Part shown: piece after piece, positions 1 through 13,599 of the stretch
How positions within the stretch are numbered: the first letter of the stretch is position 1
How the letters are laid out: each line of letters begins with the position of its first letter
Assembly (NCBI GenBank): GCA_025786725.1
Contig: JAHLTZ010000008.1
Location: forward strand, 310,001-374,000
Direction of reading: 5' to 3'
Origin: Syncephalis fuscata S228
Taxonomy: Eukaryota > Fungi > Zoopagomycota
DNA: 64,000 nt
Position numbers and translations under genes: made by a program
The notes under the pieces: model-generated
Told to the model about the DNA's origin: nothing
What the model saw: the letters and a program-made list of their open reading frames with translations, nothing else
The model's database searches: none

Positions 1-35
1 ACCATTTATTACACCTATTAACGATGGCGATACAG

Positions 36-2650
36 ACGAGGTGATCGATCCATTTGGTCATCGTGAATTGGTGTTTGAATTGCAGCCTGATCAGTTAAAG
101 GACAGTTTGGCGGGTGAAGCACGATATGAAATACGTATCCACAATTTACAGAATCCAGCCAACACCATGTCGATTTGGATACGTGTTGATATGACCACCT
201 TTGATCTACGCTTTGAACGACTACATAATAACGATGAATTGCTATTGCCCAGTCTACAATATCCGACGATTACCGCATCCGTACCGTGTGATGCATGGTT
301 TAAGGTCATTAATACATCGGCTCAAGATATTCGATTTGATATTGGTACGGAAAAGTCTACGCAAGTGGATGATTTTGTTAGACTCGATGTATTATCGCGC
401 TTCTCAAACTCTCCTCTAAAAGGTGGCGTCTCTTTATCGCCTAATGGATCGATTGAAGTACGTGTTGTCGCATCATTAAGACCTGGTGTTCGATTACCGA
501 GTGAAATGCGCTCTATTATTGTACGACAAACGCCAATTATTTTGGGTAAAATATGGGTCACAACACAACCTGCTTCATCCGATACAACAACCACTCGACT
601 AACTGAAGATATTACTGTAAGAGGCAGTATTACCGAAACATGTGCTTTTAGTATCGTAGAGAAAGTGACACAACTATCGTTACTTATGAGTGATGATCCA
701 TCGTCGCGATTAAATGAAACAACCTCGGCCCAATTTGCTATTCATAATTTGTCTAAAGATTTAGACTTTTCATTTAGAATGGTATTAGAGAATCCACCGG
801 GTATTCCATTATCGCAGTTACTACTTATTGATCCACCATTACTGGAAGAAGAAGATGTTGGTAGTGTTCGACCGGAAGAACAATTAACATTTCGATGTTG
901 GTTAAGATCGAGTACAAAACATCGATTACCCGATGCTATTCGTATTTGTATTGTTGATATGCACGCATTAACAGAACAGTCTTTGATATTAACTTTACGA
1001 GTACCGGCTATGGCTAAACGATCAGTGCCTAATACTGCTGCTAATACTACTACTACTACACCTGCTTCACCTTCTGTAGCATCTTCATCATCATCGATGA
1101 CCAATATCGCTACTAGTAATTCTACTATTAACAATACAAGTGGTATTAGTAGTACATTAAGTGGTAGTTTTAGAACATCGCCATTATTGCCACCACCATC
1201 TACACCGGCACCTCCTGTGCTTACCTCATCTGTTACTTCTTCGTTAATTATACCTAGTACAAGTAGTGTATCGACTACAACAACTAGTGCGGCCATTGCT
1301 ATAGCTACTGCATCTACACGTTCAACTAGTTCAATACCTCCTATGTTATCGGCATCAACATCGCCCACCTCACCTCTACTACTATTGTCGTCTTCACCGT
1401 CATCGTCACCGTCACTATCATCAACACCATTAACAACACCAATTCCATTCTATGCCAATTCACCATTAATACGCGATGAAGAGTCGCCTAGTGAACAGCA
1501 ACAACAACAAGCAGAGTCGCGTCATATGCCTGCTTATTTAACGATACGTGGATGTCGTCGGATTGATGAAGATCCAAATCGATTTGAACTTGATTTGGGT
1601 CAACTAAATGTCGGATCACCGGCCGTGGTAAAATCAATGGTATTAACACGTAGTACGGCATCGATGTCGACGGGACAGCCTTTTTTTACCGATGGTATTC
1701 CATATACACTATGTATTATACCGGCCAGTAGTGCTTCATGGTTATCGGTGAATAGAACACGTGGTAGATTAGGTGCTAGTAGTCATTACTACGACGCATC
1801 AACGAGTACTAGTCACGATGAAGAGAACAACGAGCAAACACTAACTATTACGGCTATTCCAGGTGAAATTAGTGTATTCACTGCGCATATTGTTATTGAA
1901 TCATCGCGTGATCCTACGCACCGTATTATGATTCGTGTTAATATGGAAGTAAGTAATTATTGCTATTTATATTATTATTACTATTTATATTAATAATATA
2001 ATAGGTTGTGGCTAAACAGAATCTATTAAGATCGACGATATTGCCGTCACAGCGTTTCTCTAATTCAATATTCTCTGTATCGGCCAGCTGTTTACAAGGT
2101 GGTGAAGGACTTATTGATATGCCACATGTTACATTTAATTCAGAATATGTAATGCGTAGTATTATGATACGTAATCATGATGCGGTAACACTACCATTTA
2201 CTGTAAGTAACTAATTAACTGATTTAATTGAATCTATACTAATATAATACAATTAGGTGACAACTGATTTGGGATCTGATCCATCGGATGTTGTATTTTC
2301 AACCTCACGTACTTCAGCCAAACTATTTAGTACACTTTATGTGGATGGTGGTCATACAACCCGTGTTTATATTCGATTCCGTCCATTGCCCGCTACAAAG
2401 ACTGTATCGCCTACATCTACCTCTACTACTGCCACATCTAATGGACAGATCAGTCATAGTAGTCATCAAGATAATGATGCTGTAATGACCCTACCAGCTG
2501 AACAGAAATTAATTCGTATTTATGTTGGATGTCGTCTTGTTAAAGATTATCAATTTGTTGTTAATCTAAAGGCCAACTGTTGGTGGCCCACATTCTCTAT
2601 TGATAAAGATGTTGTAGATTTTCGAGGTAAGTTATTGCTACTACTACTAC

Positions 2651-2686
<36 letters not shown>

Positions 2687-3970
2687 TAATCCATTATACT
2701 TATTATAATTACTATACTTTTAGGTGTTAGTGTTCAGGAATCGAGTGGATTTGATATATCACTTGAATCAGATCATGATATACTAACTGTAACCAATCTG
2801 ACTGGCCAATTAACTGCGTTCACCGTCATCAATGACTCGACCTTCTTTGATGTTGAACCAGCCTCTGAATGTATTCAACTAAGTGGACAATCTTCAACTA
2901 TTATTGTTATCCGTCCACGATTGGATGGGTTAAAGAAATATATGAAAACAATTCGACGGGTAAATACATATTAAATATTAAGTATGAATCATTGTATACT
3001 AATTACATCATTATAACTATAGGAAAAGTATATCTGTGAAGTTATTAGTCTATATAATGTAGATCGACCTGAAGAACGACACTGGATTACTCTACGTATT
3101 ACACTGGATCAATCACGTTATGTTCAGGTAATTTACTATTATTAATAATAATATATTATTGATACTAATATAATATAATATAATATTAATAGGCCATTGC
3201 TGTTACCCATATTACTTTGGCATACGATATTATGGAAAAGAGAATTGCCGAATTCCATAGTCTACTTGGTCAACAGCGTAAATTAACATCCATCAATAAT
3301 GATACATTTATTAGTGGTACACCTATAACATCAACTGGTATCCATCATTTACTAATGACATCATCAGTATTTGGTGCACCATTACCGCTGAATCAGGTAA
3401 ATTACTTGTATTATATAACTATAGTATGAGTTATTAATATTCCATCATAGATACCATTTGCCTTCCGCTATATTATCGATCAATTGTCGTATTATTGTAC
3501 TATAAAAACCGGTGGAAGATTCTTTCAACTGGCCTGTTTATTCTTTTCGTAAGTTTATATGCAAATCTATACAATATAACATAACTGACTATTATCATTA
3601 TTATATTATTATTATTATTAGATTATTATTACATCCATTGACTAATTGTCATGAATCGGATGAATTAATTGAACGATGGGTAAGTTATTAATAATATAAT
3701 CAATTAAATTAGATATTAATTACTTTATTCTATATTTATTAGCAATGTGGTCTATCTGACTTTTTATCCATCTTTCCTGAGACTAATGAAAAATTACAGG
3801 ATCTTCACCGTATGTTAGAAACGAGTACGGGTAACACTGCTAATACCACTAATACCAATACTACTACAAGTACTTCTACTTCTACTACTACTGCTACTAC
3901 AAGTACTACAGCAAACAATATCAATATTGCTACCAATATAACTACCAATAACCTAGTACGCGAATCATAA
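36..3970 (+). CDS. Large multi-exon hypothetical protein (5'-partial), beta-rich repeated Ig/PapD-like modules plus Ser/Thr/Pro linker
   Basis: ORFs 41-1993, 2008-2214, 2257-2730 and 3217-3429 join through GT-AG introns (e.g. 1949-2004). Recurrent '(I/L)xIxN' beta-strand motifs. Stop TAA at 3968-3970. The fold call is inference. Confidence 0.6.
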
Positions 3971-4048
3971 TTGATCATTATTAATATAATGAATATCCTA
4001 TGTAAAGATGTTTAAAATAAATGGCTATTCTTATTTATAATAAATAGA

Positions 4049-6209
4049 TCAAACAGAAGAAGAAGAAGAAAGTGTATCTACAAATTGTGTCCATCGAATA
4101 ACTACTTCTCTAATTGATGGCCATGCTGTTCTACTACTACTGTTACTGTTAGTATTAATGGTAGATTCAATAGGTTGTCGTGGTACTTTAAACCATTCTT
4201 GATGAACTGTTTGACAACCTTGACATGAAATACCTGAGAATTTATACTGTTCCATTAATTCAAGATGAATTAAGCGTTCAAGTCGATGAGCAAATGGCGA
4301 TTTTGGATGTTCTTCATAGTCATCGTCATTATCAAGTTGAATAGATATTGATGTAGTTTTCTTGTTCTTTTTATTATTACAATTGATATCTTCGTCGTCG
4401 TCGTCGTCGTCGTCTTCTTCTTCTTCTTCCCATTCAGATCCAGATGTATGATGGACTTCTTTATTATTAGTGTTAGTATCGGTATTTTGAGTTGATGCTG
4501 CTTTGACTAGTCGATCTAGTAATGTTGTTGATCGTAATTTAGTATTTAATGGCAGCTTTGTATGTTCATTAGGAAAACACTCAATAATACGTGGCCGATA
4601 TCCACATTGCTTTGACCATTCAGTCAATCGACGAGCTAAATTACTTGTACGACCAATCTTGTAAAATTCATAATCTGGATCTAATAATGCTTGGGGCCCT
4701 AAATAATAAAGTTAAATAATTATTGTTTTATATTATTACTTCAATCACCTTTACGTAATTGATAAACATAAATATAACCAGGCTATATTATTAATATAAT
4801 AAATTAATAGATTATTATTAATATTGATATTCTATATAATTCAGTACTTACTTTATCATCTTTTGATATTGGTTTTGCCATTTCAACAAGTAATCGTGCT
4901 TTAATTGCATCGGGTACACTTGATGGTAACCATGCTATTAAATCATCATTAATATATATATATATATAATATTTATCAATTGATAGTGTACCTGATAAAT
5001 GATCCATATTTACTGAGTTGTAGTTGTAGTCAAATGACTATTTGGCATCTGATCAATATGTTGATGGCAATAGCGTCTCTCAACGCCTAATACATCTACT
5101 TTGGTGGGATTCTTAACTACACGCTTACATCTCAATCCACTTGCTTTAATAAATCCTTGACATTGCTTTTCATGTGCCGGTGTAAATGGGCTACTTGGTA
5201 TAAGTGGCTTTGATAATTGATTAGGTGTCGATGGTATTTGATTGACTGGTAATTGAATAGATTCAATATGACCAGATCCACTAGGCTTTGATGGAGTAGT
5301 AAGTGGGTGACTGATCTCGGTAGATGTTGTTATTTCTGGTTCTACTTTTGTTTCTGTAGTAGTAGTAGCAGTAGTAGTAGTTATTGGCACTTTAATAGTA
5401 GAAGGTATTGATGTACTTGTATCTGGTAATTCATTAGGTATTGGCGGTAATGGTTTATTATCCACAGCTGGTAATGGCTGTTGTATGGATTGTTGTACTG
5501 ATTGATTGAGACGATGTTTAAGAAATAGTGGATTGAATCCTAATGGAGAAGGTTCTTTAGCTGCTATAGCTGGTGATATAAATGGATTGGGTTCTGGCAT
5601 TGATAAGGGTCTATTTGAAGGTACAGTCGTATTATCAATGACTGATAGTTGATTCATACCACTTAATAAAGACTGAACAGCATCATCCTCAACTGGATTG
5701 TTATTGCTATTATTATTGCTATTATTGGTATTCAATTGCATGTTCTCTAATTGATCCATAATAGTATGAATATCGGTTATTTCTGATGGTGTTAAATAAT
5801 CAGCATGTTCATCATCGGTATCATTATTGTTGTGGATATTTGGTGTTGCATCTTCACTCGTATCCGAATCATTTTCATCGGCAACATATTGCCCATTCGA
5901 CTGTAGACGAAGGCCGAAATGACCGTTTTGAGCCTGCGACCTATGTTGGTGGCAGTAATACTGTTCTTTAGTGCGCTCAATACCGGGTATACGGGCGGGC
6001 ATGGGTCGGGTACAGGGACGACCTGTACCTATACTGATACCGCGGCAATTAGGTCGGTCAACACGCCGGGCCGACGGTTTCTTTTTCGTTGTCGAAGAAG
6101 ATAATGACGACGACAACGACGGCGCTGTTGACTCGGAACGCGCAGTGTTATGGTCATCACTACCATCGGCAGTGTTGGAAGAAGATTGCAACTGCTGTAC
6201 TATAGTCAT
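4049..6209 (-). CDS. MUG113 / T5orf172 (GIY-YIG-like) domain protein with two N-terminal C-C-C-H zinc-binding motifs
   Basis: Spliced motifs EMAKPISKDDK|PGYIYVYQL...YKIGRTSNLARRLTEWSKQC...AHRLERLIHLEL...CQGCQTVHQEWF. Motifs CRG..TGRPC...YCHQH and CQG..SGLRC...YCHQH. Apparent 1-nt deletion near 5033. Confidence 0.8.
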
Positions 6210-6778
6210 AGAAGCAATGAGTGTTAATAAGTAAAAGGAGAACTGAGAAAGTGTTAAAATTGGTAACTAAAGATGATCCACTCTAATCGGTCACAATTAA
6301 AGTATAAGATCTTTTACGTATTTCGATTACACGATGTTATAACGTAGATAATTGTCTTTATTTGTAAATGATTTAAAAATGTAATATTATAAATATAAAT
6401 ATAAATACATGTATACACTATTGTTATTATATTTGGAATATCGATAGTATATATGATCTTTGTTATTATGCTCATATTACTATACATTGTTAAATGTTAT
6501 TTAGTGTGTATAGATATATAGATATATATGATACAATAACATGCGTCTATTAATACTTGCAAATGGTATAATATAGTATAGTATAGATATTGTTCTATAA
6601 TCAATTGTAACACATGTCTACTTTCCCGTTAACTATTCACGTGCAATGACGTGGTCTATTGTAATTACAATTTTATATAAATACGATAATCCCTGCCTTC
6701 TCTTTCTTTTTATCAACAATCGATATCGATTAATCCACTGCTTTGTATACACTGTGACTACGTCAATTGAACTACAAA

Positions 6779-7544
6779 ATGTTACACAGACATAGATACA
6801 ATATGGCAGTAATGTCTTTACAATCTATATCACGTTGGTCTCCTTTAACTAGCTACAAAAGATGTGCACGCTTTTATAGTGGTCAATCTAGTCAATCTAC
6901 AGATCATTCTAGTTTGCCACCTCAATTGGATGGACATCGTGCTTACTACTATTATTTGAATGAACATGGTCTATTGTTTCTACATGATACATGGCCTCGT
7001 AATATAGCTACATGTAAATATTTACATAGAATAGCTATAGCTAGAATGATACTAATTAATGTTAGGCTTTAAGGATAAACGCTTTTTGGATACTTTCTTT
7101 AGAATGCTACGCTCTAATACAACACAAAAGATATCATCGCCTTATGACTATATATCACCGTGTGGTAGAGAATGGAACTTTCTTAGCTGTCAAGATACAC
7201 CTGTTGTTTATTATGATTTATCGTCAGATGGTAATTATACTACAATGTTAATCGCTTTATATTGACTATGTTTAGGAAAACTGTTAAGTTGGGCTGGTTC
7301 ACTAACCGAGCCATTTCAATTGGATAAAATATGTCTTTCTAGACATACGGGTCGATTATACCATCCATTACCTTCTATGCTGAATGGACGTGGTCTACCT
7401 GCTTATGCCCTGCTACATTCATCGCTAGTACTAAGTCATCTTTATGATGGCTTATCGGCTACACCTTCATCCGACAAGCAGGCCCCTTTTAAACTTGAAT
7501 ATCGCAATCAAATATACCACCTTAAATACTTCCAACGGAATTAG
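6779..7544 (+). CDS. UPF0598 / C8orf82-like (DUF4505) protein, probably mitochondrial
   Basis: RAYYYYLNEHGLLFLHD...NIATC|FKDKRFLDTFF...YISPCGREWNFLSCQDTPVVY...TGRLYHP; 3 exons. Confidence 0.85.
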
Positions 7545-8117
7545 CCGATAATCCTGTCACTTGATAGGCATCATTATTATTGTCAATAAAATTACAGGGA
7601 TATCGTATTAGTCATCGTAAATGACATTTATTTAAAAGTCAATTAATTTATTTAATTTCAAATCTTATCCCTTTTATTCACAAAACACTTCTTAAATTGG
7701 TTCAATCGGCATACATACTCCCATCAGACGCGTACACTTGAATCTTAGTATAACTCAACTCATTGCTTTGCGTTAAATTTCTTACAACTATTCTTCATTG
7801 TACAATCTATTATCCGGCGGCTACATTGTCAAATAATCTCAATATAGGCCAATTGTTGACGAGTAAGTAGATGTGTTATCGAAAGCCACGTTGCGTCGTG
7901 TCTATACATATATGCATGTATGAATAGATAAATAGACTACCTAGCAACACAAAGCTAGAATGATTCATCTATATTTAAAAATAGTCGTATATAGCTAAAG
8001 CGACTTGAAATACTGATGGTAGTACATTGTTATGCAACAAGTGGTGTTTATTTGTATTATGCATATAACAATGACGTAGCATTAATACGATTTACTATAA
8101 ATGTTTAGTTGCAAGCC

Positions 8118-10584
8118 ATGTCGACTCCACAAGAAATTCGGTATCCTCCAAATCGACGTCCTTCAAGAGAGGATGAATCTGACGACAATACAAATGGGCG
8201 ACGTTCTAATCGACAACACTTAGATGGCAGCAATGCTGCTACCGATCATTCCGAACAAGACACCCCCAGTCGACAGGCTACCCCTGATGTTGACATGGAT
8301 GGCGACGATTCGGACGATGGTAGAAACCTTGGACGTTCTTATCAAAGTAATGGTACAGGACGGGGTGGATTTCAACGATATACAGAAATGTTATCTACGC
8401 CACCAACCTCTAGTGCAAGCCCATTGCATCGATTTGTACAAACACAGGCAGCAAATTTGTCTGGCTCTCCTCAACATGATGCATCAAATAACATTGCACG
8501 CTCTTATAGCAGCAGTGTCGATCCTAATGCGCATAGCGAGTCGGAAACGACACCCAATGCAGCACTTGCTCAGTCTGTAGGCCTACCTGCCAATGCAGCA
8601 GAACGAATTATTCGTCGTCATCTTGTAAATAATACGGCAGATGATATAACTGGCGATGAAGGGTCTGAAGCTGGTCATGGAGGACATGGCGATGAATACG
8701 CTTCTGATGCACACGCTTCAATGGGTCCGGCATCTGATACTGGTGATGCTGACAATGCAGCAGCTACTACATTTTCAACCTCTCATCAATTACAAGGTGG
8801 CGCCATTACAAGAGATGTTTATAAATGGGTTGAAAACCAGGAAAGAAGCCAGCAGCGATCACGTTCACGATCCATATCGGATATTGCAATATTAAGACAA
8901 GAAAGAAGCAATAGCCCATCTACATCTGCATCGTTACTTCGTGAACCTGGCGCTTTTCGTCGTGACTTTGTAGCTCGTCAAGCAGCTGAAAGAGGCCAAC
9001 AACAACCAAACTTTTTAACTCGTAACTTTATTGATTTTCTTGCTTTGTATGGACATTTTGCTGGTGACAACTTTTCTGAAGATGAAGATGAAGACGAAGA
9101 GGATGAAGGAGATGACTATGAAGATTACGTTGAAGACATGGCTATTGAAGAAGAGCTGGCTGAAGATGAAGCGGGCGCGCTTGACAATGAACTAGGAGTG
9201 TTAATTAAGCCACATCCAACGGAACAAACACCACTGATAACTCAACGACGTGGAAGTCGTCGTCGCAAGTCGCAATCGGCCGGTGCAGTTCAAGCTATAG
9301 GTGCAGCAGGCACGTCAAATCAAGGTGCATCAGTTAAAAAGGCATTTTTCTTACTCGTCAAATCATTCGTTGGTACTGGTGTATTGTTTCTACCACGAAG
9401 TTTCTACAATGGTGGCATGACCTTTTCAGCTGTTGTATTGGTGCTTATGTCACTTTTATGCCTACACGCCATGTTGCTATTAGTAGAGTGCCGTACAGTT
9501 ATTCCGGGTAGTTTTGGTGACATTGGCGGTGCACTGTATGGTCCACGTGCTCGCTATGCTGTTCTAAGTTCAATTGTCATTTCGCAGGTAGGTATAGAGT
9601 ACTATTTAGTTTATATAACTAACTAGAATAATCTAGATTGGATTCTGTTGTGCTTACACCATATTTGTCGCTAAAAATCTACGCGATCTTATTATGCTAG
9701 TTAGCGACTGTCGTTTGATTGTCCCAGAGATCTATTTGATTATCGGCCAACTAGCCATCTACATCCCAATGGCTCTAATACGAAAGATTAAACAGCTATC
9801 CAATGCAGCACTAATAGCTGATGTTTTCATCATCTTTGGCCTTATGTATCTTTACTACTATGATATAGCTGTACTAACAACTGTTGGTATGGCACATATT
9901 GAGCATTTCAACCCAAACAACTTTGCCTTATTTATTGGTACGGCCGTATTTACCTATGAAGGTATTGGCCTTATTATTCCAATCGTTGAAGGCATGCAAG
10001 AACCGGAAAAGTTCCCTCGCGTACTCAGTATCACTATGGGATTGATGACGCTTATCTTTGTTACTATTGGTATGCTTTCATACGCAGCATTTGGTGAAGA
10101 AGTTGAAACAGTAGTACTGCTTAACTTGCCAAGTGGCAGCCATACCGTAGAGGCCGTTCAATTCTTTTACGCTTTAGCTATTCTATTCTCTGTACCGTTA
10201 CAGCTATTCCCGGCTGTCGGTATTTTAGAGGCGGGTCTATTTGCACGTAGCGGCAAGCGTAATCCTATTGTAAAGTGGCGTAAAAATATGTTCCGTATTG
10301 GTATGGCCGCATTTATTGGTGTAGGCGCTTGGTTAGGTGTCGATAATCTAGATCGTTTTGTATCGTTGACAGGCAGTTTTGCCTGTATTCCACTTAGCTT
10401 TATATATCCATCTCTTTTCCATTATAAGGCAATAGCCCGAACAAGATGGCAAAAACTATCAGATTTAGCAGTGGCAGCGTTTGGTATTATCGTTATGGTC
10501 TATGTCACTTCTGTGACCATTTCAAGTTGGATTAACCAAACGACACCAGAACCTGATAATAACCGATGCATTAACGTACCATAA
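8118..10584 (+). CDS. Vacuolar amino acid transporter, Avt3/Avt4 family (Aa_trans)
   Basis: LQGGAITRDVYKW, PGAFRR, NFIDFLALYGHFAG, KAFFLLVKSFVGTGVLFLP, FTYEGIGLIIPI. Coding intron 9588-9637. Probable 5'UTR intron about 7863-8108. Confidence 0.93.
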
Positions 10585-10712
10585 TTTTCTATGATTGCAC
10601 TAACTATTGAATTGTTAAATAACAGCTGATAACGTGCACACACACGCACACACACACACTTCATTAAACAAGTTTTTATTGGCAAATCAGCCTATTTTCA
10701 ATCTGATTCTAA

Positions 10713-10758
10713 TAGATAGATAGATAGATAGATGAATGAATGAATGAATGGATGGATA
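10713..10758. repeat. Compound (TAGA)n(TGAA)n microsatellite between convergent 3' ends
   Basis: Direct observation. Confidence 0.85.
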
Positions 10759-10792
10759 GGTAAGATAAAGTGATAAATTGCGTAATCACATT

Positions 10793-12059
10793 TTAAACAC
10801 CATAAAAGCCACCAACACCATACTTATAAGAAGAAGATGGCAATCGTACACTTCCTGCTGATTGCGATGTTCGTTGTTCCACGACATTCCAGTCAACATT
10901 GTTCCAGAATGTATCGGTGTAATTAGCAAGACCTGCAATGCCATGATCGATTACATAGGCATGCTCCCATACATTCAAACATAGCAATGGACGTAGTGTA
11001 TCAGGCACAGTTTGTATCTGTGCTTGAAATTCATTCATTTCAGTTGCAGAATGATCGCTTGTGTTGCCATCAACCATTTGAGTACGATAAGGAGTAAGTG
11101 GTGAACCTAGTTAGTATTTAATAAATAAAATGAAAAGATAGTATATCTATGTATCTATGTATGTTACCTGCGTTAAATGTATTAATAATACGCCAACGTG
11201 ACATATTATCTTCAACTAGCCTATTCATATATACATATATATATATATATTAATATTATTCAATACTAATAGGTATTATACTTACCAAACCCATCCACTA
11301 CCAAACATAGTCAACGCCTGATTGCTAAACTATAAACATGATATAAATTAGATAAATTTAATTGTTAATTTAATCAACATAATAGTTACCTGGGTCTTAA
11401 ATTGCTCAACTGATCCAAAATGTTCCTTGAATTTATAGTCAAGAGCACTGGTCATTTCAACAGAACTTGGTGTCTAAAAGAATAGCAAATTTAATTAATT
11501 TACAAATAAATTATTAGTAGTTAAATAATTACCAATGATTTTAAAAAGAATTCCTCGTTCCACAACTGTGAAGCATGATTGAAAATAACTGCATTGCTTG
11601 GTTGGCGTGCTGTTTTCGCAATCATTTCCGTAAGTGATTGCTTCTCATAAATTGAATCTAAATTGAATCTAATTAGACTTGAAGCATATTAACTAAATAA
11701 AAAGGCTACCTTTAGTAATCATAGCTAGTCGTTTGCGTAATCTGACATGTTGATCATTATAGTAGGAAACCAGTGTAGCCGGTTTGAATAGTGGTTCCAA
11801 GCCATTTTCTACATTGTATCGAAGTGGCTCTGGTTCTGTTGTTAAATTGCGTTGTACCTGTACAGATTGAAACGCAGCAGAACGACGCAACTAATTAGAA
11901 TAAAAGTTAGTAAAATGTATACAATATTATAATAACAACAATAATATGTAATAGTAATACTATTCATATAATAATAATAATAATAATAATAAAGGCATGG
12001 TTAATACTTACGAGACGCGTCGATTGTCTAGCGGTACGTAGCAAAGTAATTCCGTACAT
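10793..12059 (-). CDS. Fe/Mn-SOD-fold mitochondrial small-subunit ribosomal protein (Mrp1/Rsm26-like, non-catalytic)
   Basis: Arg-rich presequence. LFFNHASQLWNEEFF, FGSGWVWLV, TFNAGSP, PLLCLNVWEHAY. SOD metal ligands are degenerate (N in place of D in DVWEHAY, altered His motifs). 7 exons. Confidence 0.8.
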
Positions 12060-12544
12060 TATAACAATACTACTCGTCAATATAAGATCTTTTGCCAAAT
12101 AATCACCTCCAACTAGAGAAACTACCCTCTAAACAAGGAGATAGCAGTGTTTAACGTTTAATAGATTGGAATTCAAAAAGAGCAATAATACAATAATACG
12201 CCTCTCTTCAATAATTAAAGCTTTTTCGGCTCATCATTAATAAAAACTATTAATCTTTATAAACTAGCATTTTGTCATTCAGATCAGTCCCACTCTGTGA
12301 TACACAGCTTATACACATCCATACATGAATCTGTGTATTGACTATGCGATGAAGAGCAGTAACACAACAGCAAAAGAAGAGAAAATAAAGTGCAAAATTA
12401 GAAGCAATGCTAAAAAGAAATACGAACAGTAATACTGTCAATTAAGGGAAATAAAAATGGTTATCATATAATGTGCTACTACATCATCTATGAGGCATAA
12501 ACATCTATGGCGTCTATCGGTCATCTTAACAGATAAACACCTAG

Positions 12545-13599
12545 TTATGCTTCAGACGGTTCTGGGCCCGGTGGAGAGTCGACTTCGTTTTGATCATCGG
12601 CACCATTATCGTCGCTTGCTTCATCGCCCGTGCCACGACGCGTACGTAATTCTTTACGAATAGGTATTTTGATGCCTTGCTTTGCCAAACACTTGGAAAT
12701 GGCGGTTGATTCTACAAAGCGTCAGTTATGATATCCATCTATTTATACAACTTACCTGTCATACCAGGGAATTTCTTGGGCGGATAAACTGTAAATGGAC
12801 GTGAAAATACATCCATTTCAACGCGAGACTCTCCATTATGAGCACTATAATAATAAAAGTAGCAATAATTAAATATCCCTTATTTGCAGTACTCAGCGCA
12901 TCCTACCATTCTAAATTTGTAAAGGCAAACTTTAGACTAAACGTACCCTCGGTACGTACAGATAAATCCTGGAATACAAAGTAGATGCCTGGCTTTCCAT
13001 TGGGTCCTTGTAGATGATAGGCTGATGATACAACACTGCCTAATAGGTTTCTAGTTTGGGGCGGTGCGTTGAGTCGCATTACCGATGCATTCAAATGGCC
13101 ATTGGTGCTGGACGATGACGATAAAGGCGTCATGTACGAGGGATTGACCACCAAATTGCGCTCCTGGGTGCCATCGGCGCACCAAAGGTCGGCGTGAACA
13201 ACAAACATCGTAGAATCGATGCTATAGAAACGAAGAATGTGGGTCACATGTGGCCATTAGTTGCCCAATGTGGAAATCTTGTTTTGTCACCAGTATGAGT
13301 GATCAATGTTACAACAACTTACTCGTTATCGGGCTTGCCATCGGCGTCGACCACATGCAGTCGAACGACGGGAGGTGGATCAACCGGCCGACGGTCCTTT
13401 TCACCAAAGCCGCACATCCGCGCTCTTAACGGATGCTGAACAATTTCGAGCCACATTCTAAAGGCGATATAGAAGAATAAAAGAAGAAAAAGGCACAGTA
13501 GCGTAATTTATTAATCGTTATGTAGATAGATAGATATATGTAACTAAAAACTTACTTGCGACCTTGGACCGACGCAGAACTACTGACCGCTGGCTTCAT
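12545..13599 (-). CDS. Velvet-domain regulator (VelB/VosA-like)
   Basis: [74 protein letters not shown]|[19 protein letters not shown]; 5 exons. Confidence 0.95.

Noticed and set aside
742-1368. Antisense ORFs such as 742-1368, 44300-44530, 51197-51685, 59688-60017 and 61949-62221
   Set aside because: These are shadows of low-complexity or codon-biased coding sequence on the opposite strand or frame.
4049-4790. Phage or mobile homing endonuclease (T5orf172/GIY-YIG)
   Set aside because: The gene has ordinary spliceosomal introns and matches the resident fungal MUG113-type family. No mobile-element ends were seen.
7863-8108. Intronic box C/D snoRNA in the long 5'UTR intron of the Avt gene
   Set aside because: No proper RTGATGA box C or terminal stem was found. 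An Infernal/Rfam scan would be needed to exclude it fully.
10793-12059. Functional Mn/Fe superoxide dismutase
   Set aside because: Metal ligands are not conserved (NVWEHAY, WNEEFF, YYNDQH). It fits the SOD-fold mitoribosomal proteins better.
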